DNA from: Catajapyx aquilonaris
Lineage: Eukaryota
Reading direction: 5' to 3'
Assembly (NCBI GenBank): GCA_000934665.2
Contig: KZ538336.1
Span: forward strand, 1-64,000
DNA length: 64,000 nt
Both the position numbers and the translations under genes were made by a program. Below the pieces are notes generated by a model. The model saw nothing but the letters and a program-made list of their open reading frames with translations. It did not search any database and was not told the origin of the DNA. Positions 1 to 11,400 of the stretch are shown piece by piece. Every line of letters starts with the position of its first letter. Positions within the stretch are counted from its first letter, which is position 1.

Positions 1-152
1 AGGCCTCATTGCCATTCCCAGGAAAAAAATATTTCCTTCGTACCCACCCATTTCTTGGACTGGACTTGGGCTTTTGTTCCAGAGGGCCATTCAATTGGTT
101 TCATCGCAGTGAATCGCTTACATGTAAACCCTGCGCTTCTTGCACAGTCGTC

Positions 153-2492
153 TCAATAGGCTTGTCGATCCCATCGCCAGACAGTTCCGTCATCGCAAAC
201 GCACAACAAAACAGCACCGTTGCGACTTAAAGTCGTCTGGCGTATTGCGGACACGCACTTTGGATGGGACAAAGTGATGCATCGAGCAGTACTGGGATCG
301 TCCACATCCAAATCCCATACGTACGTTCGGCCCACTTGATTTCCGAGGGCCAAGATCTGTAATGATATGCATTAGAATTGGCTTTCATAATGTGCCGCAA
401 AGTTGTGTACCTTTTGCCAAAAATCCATGGAGAATCGCATGAACCAGATCTCGCACTCTTTGTAGTCAAATCGGTGTATTATGGTGACGCTGGTCTCCGT
501 TGGTCTTACTTCTGTCTGCTCCAGTTTTCCAGGTTTCCAGCAGACGATTGAGTTCTCGCATGATTTGGATAGTACGAAGCGGCCAAGCCATCGTACGCAG
601 TCGACGTAATTGCGGTGGATGTCTCGGGTTGAGAAGTCTGGGAAGTGCTCCTTCACGGTGTCGAACGGGAGGCTGCTCTTGCTGGCATTGAACGTGTACG
701 ATGCTCTTATCGCCTCCTTGGTCTTCTCTTTGTTCAAGCGCCATAACTTGAGTGAATGGTCCATTCCGCACGATATTATGTTGTCGCCCTTCAGGTCAAA
801 GTCCTGAAAATTGAACAAATGTAACGAGAAAGTCGAAACAAATTGCATTGTACGTACCGCGCTCAAGACCTCGTCACGATGACCTTCAACCCCTCCGAAT
901 ATCACGATGCATTGGTCGGTCTTGATGTTCCATAGCCTCAGGGCATGATCTTTCGATACGGACAGCAGCAAATTGGAGTCCTTTGGATGAAACTTGAGCT
1001 CGTTGATCGCATGTCCGTGGCCTGCAATTGTTCGATGTTAATCTGTCGGAAACTCGCTAGAAAATACATACCGATATAGTGACGTATGCAGGACATGTTA
1101 GCAGGGCTGAATATCCTGACAATTCCTCTGGAGCCAGCTGCGGCCAGTATCGGACGTCCGATGTCATCGTACGACCAGGCGCATGTGTAGAAGTTCTCGT
1201 CCGTCTGCAGAGTAAACATAATGTTAAGAGGGTGTATCGGTGCTACCACCTGTACGTACATCAGGATCGCAGTAGCTCTGCAGCAGCTTGATCCCGCTTC
1301 CATCCGGACACTCGTAGATGGTCACCCTGTTGCTTCCGACAGTGGCGAAGATCAGGGGCTGCCCCTCCCTCAGGCAGTGGTTGAACTGGGCTCCAAACAG
1401 GGGCTGCCCATGGTCCTCCTTCACGCTGCAGGTGAACTTGTAGTGAAGCTTCGGCTTGTTCGACTTCTTCCTCCCCCGCTTGCCCTTCCTCGCACGCTGC
1501 GTCGGGGTCTCGCTCCTCGAGGCATTGTCCGCAGTGGACGTGCTGCCGATACTCGACGTCTCATCCTGAAGTCCAATTCGCTCATTACATACTCGCAGGG
1601 GACAAATTATAATACTGCCCAGACCATATCGACCTGGACAAACATCTGTGACATAGCAACGAGTGGCCACGGTTAACTTGGACAAACATTACGAGTGGCC
1701 ACGGTTAACCTGGACAAACATCATGACACAGCTACGAGTGGCCGCGGTTAACCTGGACAAACATCATGACAGCTACGAGTGGCCACGGTTAACCTGGACA
1801 AACATCATGACAGCTACGGGTGGCCACGGTTAACCTGGACAAACATCATGACACAGCTACGAGTGGCCATGGTTAACCTGGACAAACAAGCATATATTAG
1901 TGTTGTGACGTAGAAACCGGTTGCCATGGTCAACCTGGACAAAAAGCAAACATTTGTGACATGGCAACCAGCTGCCATGGTTAATTATTTGGACAAGCGA
2001 ACAGGGCAAATGATATTTTGTGAAGTACCAAGAGGCTGCCATGGTTAACCCCCGGACAAACAAGCAAACATATTTGCGACATGGCAACCTGTACAAACGT
2101 AAAGCATATTTGCGACATAGCAACCGGTTTCCACGGTTAACCTGGACAACCGTAAGCATATTTGTGACATAGCAACCGGTTGCCACGGTTAACCTGGACA
2201 AAAAAAAGCAACCACATATTTGTGACATGGCAACCAGCTGCCACGGTTAATTATTTGGACAAACATTATTTTGTGACGTACCAACCGGTTCCCACGGTTA
2301 ACCTGGACAAACAAACACACAAACATGGGGCAAAACGAACATTATTTGTGGCATAGCAACCGGTTGCAATGGTCAACCAGCATGGACAAACAAACATACA
2401 AGTCAAATCTGGACAAGACAAACAAGTGGGATACAAACCACGTCGTCTCCCGAGTCCTCAGTGTTGGTCGAAACCTCCGAACTTTGATTCAT
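153..2492 (-). CDS. EED: Polycomb protein EED / extra sex combs (PRC2 WD40 subunit). Exons approx. 2492-2439, 1565-1260, 1204-1072, 1021-858, 803-411, 356-153
   Basis: Spliced translation starts [26 protein letters not shown] and includes [85 protein letters not shown] and [11 protein letters not shown], all hallmark EED/ESC segments. Junctions are GT-AG and phase-compatible. Confidence 0.96.
1625..2425. repeat. Minisatellite filling EED intron 1, with core (G)TGGCCACGGTTAACCTGGACAAAC in units of about 42-60 bp
   Basis: Core visible repeatedly, e.g. near 1663, 1695, 1738, 1779, 1820, 1863, 1921, 2181 and 2290. The array lies inside the intron at 1566-2438. Confidence 0.9.
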
Positions 2493-2695
2493 CCTTTTGT
2501 TCTTCCTCCTTATTAATTAAAAAAAAAATAATAATAATCAATAAAGACAAGAACAAGAGCCGCCAAGAAACGATCGCAGCGACAGAACAATGCGGCGGAT
2601 TGAAGAGGAAACTAAGAAATAGCAGGTGTTTTTTCTTGGATTTCCGTTGTAGCAGCTACGTGGTTTTCGGCTGCCGATGTCCAAAGATGGCGGCG
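2493..2695. promoter_or_regulatory. Putative bidirectional promoter between EED and LAS1L, with a YY1/Pho-type motif AAGATGGCGGC over the LAS1L start
   Basis: Divergent ATGs at 2492 (-) and 2687 (+) are only about 195 bp apart. CCAAAGATGGCGGCG lies at 2681-2695. Confidence 0.6.
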
Positions 2696-5135
2696 ACCAG
2701 GGGCAGAATGGGCGTCCGCGTGGTCCCTTGGTTTTCAGCGTAAGTTCAGATTGACTATTACAATTGCGGTACTGGCACTGTAAGTACACTCTACGTACAC
2801 TCTATGTACTGTGCAAGTACTGAAATGGTCATTTTTTTTGCAGGTTGGAATGGAAGGAGACGTACAGGCTGGTCTATTCGGAGAGCTGGATCGACAGGGA
2901 GAGAGGCCTACAGAGGCTGCTTCTGTGGAAGTCTAGGAGCCAGAGCAAGCTGCCGACTGGAATCGAGTGTACCTTGTACCTCCTGCAGTCGCTGCTGAAG
3001 GCGGAGGAGGAACGGAGGCACGGAAGGATGCAGGATCGGGATGTTAGCCTCATGTTCGCAATGTCGTTAGTCCGCTTCCTGAACCATGTGTCGCAGCTGG
3101 GACAGAACATGCCGTATCCGCAGTCATTGTCGGAAGTGGCCGTGCTGATGGACATACCGGAATGGTTGGTGAGCCTCAGGAACGAGGCGACGCATGAGCA
3201 TATGCCGACGTTCCAGGTGCTTGAAAGTGGCGTACAGGTCGCGCTGCGATGGCTGCAAGACCATTACTGGGAAACGGAGATACCAGAAATGACATTGCAA
3301 CAATTGCCGTCACAGGAAAATGCAGAGTGTTCGCCACAATTGGCGGAAACGCTGCATCACTACTTTACAGCCCAGTTCTACTCCGCATCCGAAATATCCA
3401 TCACGGACGTCTCCAACCCCAAATTCTGCTCCCACGTGAAAGCGCTGGCCAAACGTAGCGAGATGACCACAAAGCTGTACCACATGTCCAATAAGCTAAA
3501 GAGGTCGAAGAAGAAGCCGAAAGAGACGCTCAACATTCACACGGCCGTCAAATTGCTTTGGGATGACCTGCAGAAGTCGCTCTCACGTGATAAAAACGAA
3601 GTTGTTGCCTGTTTGATGTCTGGCAACACATTCATTCCGACAAGTGATGTCTGGGACACCTTTGCAAGTCCGGCTGACTTTGTCCGATTGTGGAACGATC
3701 TTATTGTTAGACTGCACCTGCTACGCTTCATTCCAATGCTGATCCACTCTTTGGTCAAAATCACGCTGAGCGAGAGGGAAAGCCCTTGGAGGAAAACCAT
3801 GGCTGTGACATGGCTTCAGGAGCTGCCCAACATGTTGCTGACACCACCGAAGCAACCGGAAGTCGAGGCATCGAATAAGAGGAAACGCAAGAAGAACTCT
3901 CAGGTCAATGGGCTGATGCCGCACAAAGTTAGGAACGGCTTCACGAAATATGAGCTGCAGAAATTAATTCAAACTGTCGAGATGGCTTTGGAGGAGCCTA
4001 ACGAGTTGACCCTCCAGTATTTGTCAGAGTAAGTATTTTGACCTTTATTGCTCTGTAACACTCCATTAAAAGATCAGCCGTAGTTTGAAAGGCTATGTCA
4101 CGAAAAGGTCATGCTCACCCTCATGAAACGAGATGTCAGAGTCAATCCGAAAGGTCATAAAAAGCAACAATAGGTCAAAAAATGGCAAAATGTCATGTTA
4201 GTAGATAACTAGAATTTGTATTGATTTCGTAATCACACATACAGAGCAATGGATTTCCAGCAATAATTTTTGCCTGAATTTCAAATATTTCTGGTGTCGC
4301 ATCCTGGCTGTGCTTTACATTTTAAATTGAAGTGCCCCGTAATTATTATCCAATTAAGACTAACGTTCTGCCCCAATTTCAGAGTGATGAAGTTGCTCCG
4401 TCCACATTTGGAAAATGAAGTGGTAACGAAGTTGGAGTCGTTAGTGAAGGTGTATCAAGGCGAAATACTGGAATTTGAAGCGGAGTTTGAGTCCAAAGAG
4501 GACTGGTTGTCACTGGAAGATATAACCGCAAAGGAAAAGCAACAATACCTGCTGGAAGTGGACGCAGACGACTCTTCACCCTGGCATAAATACGAAGGTA
4601 ATGATATTAACACGTCTATAGTAGGGTTAAGCTAACTTATGGTGTTTTGGGAGGTGGCTTGTGTCCTTGTCAACCATAATAATAGCCCCGCTCCCTACTG
4701 GTCGACCAATCAGGATTCGATTTCAAAGGAGATGGGCCTAAAAATCTCACTTGTTTACACCAACTAAATATTTCCCCACCAATCATTCTAAATTCTATAC
4801 AAAAAAAAACTCAGCATGGGGCGGGGCTAATTATGGTTCCCAATGACACAAGCCACCTCCCATCCCACCATAAGTTAGCTTACCCCCTACTAATAGTAAA
4901 ATGCGATCCGACGATTGCGTCTCCAGATAATCCCGGTTGGTCCCGCTGCCCAATCGGTGTCCTCCCATGGCAGAAGGATTGCGAGGATCTCAACCTGGAG
5001 ATTCCAGGCATAACCTGGAATCTGGCCGATCTGGAACTAACTCCAGACGAACCGTCGTCGTGCCCAGTGATGCGAGGCAACACCAGTAAGAAGCGATCAT
5101 CCTCCGTCGCATTTGATGATCCAGATGAAGGATAA
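2687..5135 (+). CDS. LAS1L: Ribosomal biogenesis protein LAS1-like. Exons approx. 2687-2739, 2844-4028, 4383-4597, 4927-5135
   Basis: N-terminal RVVPWFSALEWKETY, LPTGIECT, LMFAMSLVRFLN and IPEWLVSLRNEATHEHMP (HEPN-type RxxxxH motif), plus C-terminal WSRCPIGVLP, match the Las1 family. Splice phases are compatible. Confidence 0.88.
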
Positions 5136-5704
5136 TCTCAGTGAAAAAGCAATAAAAATATAATATTATTGTGGCTATGCATTATTATTATTATTATTAT
5201 TTGTTTTTTTTTAAAAACTGAAAAAATACAGTACCGTACATGTGTTGCCTGCACTAGAACAAATATGGCTCCCCAAATTTTTTTTCGTTGCCTGTACTAG
5301 AACAAATATGTCTTCCCAATTTTTTTCCGTTCGTTCGTGAGTCACGTTTTTCGTGACGTCACATGTTGATTGTCCAGTCTCTGTCTGTTCCATTTTCCAT
5401 CCGGAGCCGGCAAAACAGCAGCTGTTCTTGTTCCGCTCGTGGGCTGGTTGGGTGTCCCCCCCGCCCCCGTCTCTCTCTCTGGCTGTGCCCCGGGGCCATT
5501 AGGGAGAGGACCCTGCATCTGGTTGGCGCCATCACGGAAAAGAACCAGGGGGAATAAGGAAGGAAAGGAAGGAAGGACACCCAACCAACCCTCTAAAACA
5601 ACACAACAACAACAGGAGAACAACAATGACCATCTACAGCTCGAAGCCTGCTGAACCATCAGCCAACAACGCTGCAGATGGTAAGCAACAATGGGCATCA
5701 CTAG

Positions 5705-5865
5705 AAAAAGAACCGGCCCACTATTGACAGTGTTGCTAAAAACCGGACCCGTTCCAGAACCGGCCCACTATTGCTCAAAGGCAGTGTTGCCAAAGCCGGC
5801 ACACTATTGACGGTGTTGCTAAAAACTGGACCCGTTCCAGAACCGGCCCCAAAATGTTGCCAACA
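5705..5865. repeat. Short degenerate tandem repeat (AACCGGCCCACTATTG / GTGTTGCTAAAAACCGGACCCGTTCCAG)
   Basis: Motifs recur at about 5711, 5758, 5795 and 5841, with an inverted GGTTCTGGAAC near 5917. Confidence 0.55.
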
Positions 5866-8439
5866 TACCTGTTGACATGATATCGGACGAGCCACGGGTT
5901 GGCGACAATGTGAGCCGGTTCTGGAACTGGTCCAGTTCATTCCTAGGTGACCGTATGTTTGCTAATGTTCTAATGGGACGCATTTAAGAATGCGTACGGT
6001 GGGCTTTAATTGTTTCGTTCGCTTTCAAATGTACCGCCCTGTCATAATATGCCATTGTCTTATCGGGATTATCGCAATTCAGTGTTTGAGGGGCTGGTAC
6101 GTCTCTGTTGCAATGCAGGTGATGCAGCATGGCCTTGAACATTGGGGGAAGGATATTCCTGGAAAATGTCGGGTTCGAAATGTCCAACCAATTCACCCGT
6201 TAAACTTGTTAAAGGCCGAATATTATGCAACGCTGCGACATTTGCACGACAGCTCGACAAGGTCAAGCTAATGACCAGACAGCGTTGTGAAAAGAAGGAT
6301 ACCATTGTTCGTCGCAACCAACCATTGCGAGTACTTAGCTACATTGCTGACAGATGTCGTTGCATATTTTTTTTNTGCAGGGAGGGATTGTATAAAATGT
6401 TTTTTTGGGGGGGTGGGATAGCAATGGGTGTTATTTAGAGAGAGAGAGAGTGAGGGGGAGAGAGAAAGGTGGGTGGTGGGGGAGTAGCCAAGCGCAAAAC
6501 AGCCCCACCTGTCGGAGGGTGGAAGTGGGTGGCCAGGTGGAAGGTTCCTACCCCCTTCTGTTTAAAAAAGGTTTCCGCTTCGGTGTGTCCTCTGCCTGAC
6601 AGATATTCAGACTGGTGTACTTCTCAGCCGCTTTTTTAAGAAAAAAGGTAAAAACATTACGTTCGTACAGATAACATTTTATTTCCCCCCAAAAAATATG
6701 TAGGCAAGAAAATTTGAATTGTAGGAAGTCATTTAGGAACATCCTCTTTAGTTCTTTTGTGCAAGGGAAGTGAGGCATTTTATCCGGTGTGGCAGTGTCA
6801 CCCTCAGGCTCTCTCCCCCTTCTATTCCGACCATGGGAGCAGCGACCGTCCAGAATATTCATTAGTAGCAAGTGTTGAGGGTAACAGGTGCATGACATCA
6901 CCTTCGGATGAAATTCATTGTCAGTACGTATGACGTTGTGAATATTCCGAGATTGTTTTGTGAATGACGTTGCAACGTTGCAGTTTTCAGGAAAAAAGTG
7001 TTTTAATTGCCCCTGGCTTTTCGTTGCGAACTAAACTGTACTTAAAAACCACATAAGTGTGACAACCTATGTGACGCTTTCTCTGCTGCAATCTCGGTAA
7101 GATAAAAACTGAGATTAGCCAGGTGGGGGGACTGGCTCTAAAAAGTACTCTTAGCGCTAATTGATTTTTCATCAAATTTACAATATTGTCATCACATTTC
7201 GCTGAATTACTTTTCATTAAATCCGTGAGTGTATGTTCAGTAAATCAGCAGGTAGTGCATGACTATGTTCTCTTTTGATCGTAACAGATTGGGTGTGTCC
7301 GTATTGGGTTCTAAAATTTAGGTCAGCACTGCAGGTGAGAAGAGTCGATTACAGGGTTTTTTTTTTCCCCACCATCGTCTGCTGAGGTGTTGCTAATGGG
7401 GCAGATGCCATTATGTAAATGGGTTGGCCACTTGCGGAATTAATGCAGTCGGGGTGCTATTGAGCTCACCTTGACATCATTCAAAATCAGACACTTTGGA
7501 TCCGCTGATGTGAAAGGCAAGGAAGTTTCCTACCGAGTTTGGGGGGAAACTTTTTCCTGCATTCGATACACTTGGAGAAAGGTGCACTTCCTCGTAGGTG
7601 ATGAGTGTCATTGACGCAGTAGATGTCATTCTGTCGCAATCACCAGGAAAGACAGGTACACAGGGTGTAATTGAATTGCCGGTAAACTGTTAAATTACCA
7701 AAGTGAGAGGCTGCAAATTTTATGCCTTTGGTAATGAGTAATTGCTGCAACAAATTCAATGAGGGGTCATGGGTATGATCAATAATAATTTAGATTGATT
7801 CAACAGTCATCAATGGAAAAAAAAATTATTTGCAGTTTTCAAATTGGTTCAAGCCTTTCGTTGATATGGAATTGACAATTTTGTAACACGGCAGAGGAAC
7901 TGACGTGCAACTGTTTGTTACAGTTATGTAAATAGAGACTTTCACTGAGAAAGTGCTTTTGATAAGGTTAAGTACAGGAAGAATGCCAGGTGGATTTTTG
8001 GCTAGGTTTTCCACTTTTTGGAAATTTTTTGTGTCCGTGCGGGTCGTTAAGTGCGCAAATTGTGGCGAGGAGAATTTAATTAGTAATACGTAAGTGACGT
8101 TGCTCTGTTTTTTTTTTACCTGAACCGAAAAAAAGGCAAACAATTAGCGGCAGAAATTTTTAAAATAAAAGCAAGCTTCTGCTGCATTCAAGTTTCTCTG
8201 TATTTAATCTAAAGTCACTTTTTATGAGAGCAAGAATGATTAGATTTATTGGCAGTGCTTCAGGCGTGTTCGTTCCTTACATGTAAAGTGTCAGGGTGAC
8301 AAATGTCTTTGCAGTGGCATTGACGTTGTTATCGGGAGGTTATCTCGTTATCTTTATACCTGTAGGAAAAAGAGCGAGTTCCACATCACTAGTGCCTGGC
8401 ATTGAATCCGGCTGCGTTCTTTCAGGTTCGTACAGAGTG

Positions 8440-11400
8440 ATGGATGGGCAAAAAGTGTGGGTGCCCCACCCTGTCCAGGGATTCATCTGCGGACAGATTG
8501 TGGACATCGGAGGAGATGGAGTTACGGTGATGCCATTTGAGAAGCAGTTCAAGACTGTGACGTGCACATATGATCGGGTGTACCCAGCAGAGGAGAATGA
8601 CAAAAAGGACTTTGATGATAATTGTGAGTGGGTAGCTATTCGCACAGCAACATACTGTTGCGATTGTTATTTATGCCTGAGTTTAATTTACAGGCATGTT
8701 GATGTTCCTAAATGAGGCGACTCTTTTAAACAACATTAGGCTGCGCTACAACCGGGACCAGATTTATGTAAGCAATATTTACGCAATTACAGTACAGAAT
8801 AAAAATTTAATGAGTCATGTTCTGTGATGCAGATTAAATAGTGAAACTGACGTTTCAAGCATTTATGAAAATATAATTTCAGACGTACGTGGCAAACATT
8901 CTCATCGCTGTCAACCCCTACGTTGAGATCAAGGATTTGTATTCGGCCACAACAATTAAAAAGTACCAGGGCAAGTCTTTGGGTGCTTTGCCGCCACATG
9001 TGTTTGCAATCGGTGAGGACGTTTGGTTACATTTTGTAGTCCAGCCGTGGTTGACTTTTCGTCTCTTTGCTTTTTTCTACAGCTGATAAGTGCTTCCGAG
9101 ACATGAAGGTCCTGAAGCAGTCTCAGTCCATCATTGTGTCCGGTGAATCAGGAGCTGGAAAGACTGAATCGACCAAGTACATCCTGCGATACCTGTGCGA
9201 TTCCTGGGGGTCAGCTGCTGGCCCAATCGAGCAAAAAATTCTGGATGGTAATGATCCGTACAAAGAATGAAAAGTGTTACAGATAATTTAAGATGTTATG
9301 TACCTTTAGCCAACCCGGTACTGGAAGCTTTCGGAAATGCAAAGACTACACGCAACAATAACAGCAGTCGATTTGGCAAGTTCATCGAGATACACTTCAA
9401 TGAGAAGTTCCGTGTTGTGGGCGGATACATCTCCCACTATCTTCTGGAGAAGTCCCGAATCTGCACCCAAAGTCCAGATGAGCGCAACTACCACATTTTC
9501 TACCAGTTGTGTGCCGGTGCTCCCGAGGACCTCAGGAAGCAGCTTAGGCTCACCAAACCAGACGATTTCCATGTAAGTTTGAGCCTCATTGGATTTTTAT
9601 TGTAAATTTGATTTTTTAAATTTATGGACCTTTGTTTTGTCCAGTACCTGAGACGAGGATGCACCCAGTATTTCACAAGCGATGCAATCGATAAGAAGAT
9701 GAGTGCAGCCTGCAAAAGCAAGGTCCATTTGGCAAAGGGACCACTGCGAGATCCTCTTCTCAACGATTACACTGACTTTCAAGAAATGGATAAAGTAAGT
9801 TAACATGTTTCTAAGCAATTAATGTAATGACTGGGTTTTGATTACTTTCCTCTTGATTTAACTCCTAGGCCCTGTCTCGATTTGGCCTGTCCGACAAAGA
9901 TCGTTTCGAGATCTACACGACTGTGGCTGCTGTCCTACACATGGGCAACATTAACTTTGAGGACAACCCGGAAGACTCGAAGGGTGGATGTAAAGTGGCA
10001 GCCAGTTCTGAGGGATCCCTTATGATCACGGCAGGACTTATTGGAGTGGACAAGGAAGAGCTGAGGCAAGCGTTGGTCTCAAGGGTAATGCAGCCAAGCA
10101 GAGGAGGAGCCAAAGGGACTGTCATCCTGTAAGTACATTTTGATTTGGATTTTTCAGGCAGTCACTCGTTACTTGTGAATTTTTTTTTTGGGTAGGGTTC
10201 CTCTGAAGGTCCACGAGGCGAACAGTGCTCGAGATGCCCTTGCAAAGGCCACTTACAGCAAGCTCTTTGATTACATTGTGCACAGAATCAACAGGAGCAT
10301 CCCATTCCAGACCTCCAGCTATTACATTGGCATCTTGGATATCGCTGGCTTTGGTAAAGCTTTTTTGTAGTCGCAGTTAATAGAAACTGTTTGCATGTTG
10401 CCGTAACGTTTGTGTGCGACAAATATCAACAAATGTGATGTTCAGGCAAAGAGTTCTGCTATATTATATATACACCTAGAGGAGGTACTCGGCCTGAAAT
10501 GTGAGGCAGGCAACAATGCAGGCAACAATATGACCTCCAACAAGATGGCGGACGCCTGACATTAATGAACTAATTATCGCCCAGTTGTCATTATTGGTTG
10601 TTGTCCCAGTTGCTAGACAACTGTTAGAACAACAATATGACCTCCAACAAGATGGCGGCTGCCTCAGCCTGTCTAATGGAAAAGGATAGGGAGTACCTCC
10701 TCTAGGTATTATATTATATAATAGCAGAACTCTTTGTGTTCAGGATCTGCTTCAAGCAGTTTCCGCAGCAATATATGCTCGGTATTATTGACTTATCATC
10801 TCTCAATTTTTCCTTTCGTAGAGTACTTCCCGGTGAACAGCTTTGAGCAGTTTTGCATCAACTACTGCAATGAGAAGCTGCAGCAGTTTTTTAATGAACG
10901 CATCTTGAGAGATGAGCAGAAGCTGTATGAGAAAGAGGGGCTCAACATCCGCAAGATTGAGTACGTTGATAACCAGGACTGCATAGGTATGCTGCTTTTC
11001 CTTTTACGATATATGTCATTGTCCTGATTACGGTTGGTACACATTAAGCGTGATATGTGTTACTTTGTTTCCAGACCTCATAGAAGCAAAGGGCAGCGGG
11101 ATTTTTAGCCTTCTGGATGAGGAGTCAAAGCTTCCGAAGCCGAGCTACACACACTTCACCGAAGGGGTCCACAGCCACCACTCCAATCACTTTAGGTTGG
11201 CCGTCCCAAGAAAGTCCAAGCTTCGGGACCACAGGGAGATTCGAGATGATGAAGGATTCCTCGTTAGGCATTTTGCTGGAGCTGTTTGCTACCACACTGT
11301 AAGTTAACTAGCAACGATGTTATTGTAATGCTAAAATTTCATGACAAGTATCATATTTTATGTTGCGTTCTCTCCAGAACCAGTTCCTTGATAAAAACAA

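Noticed and set aside
1625..2425. CRISPR-like array (conserved core with variable spacers)
   Set aside because: It lies in a spliceosomal intron of a eukaryotic gene, the spacers are related to each other, and there are no cas genes. It is a minisatellite.
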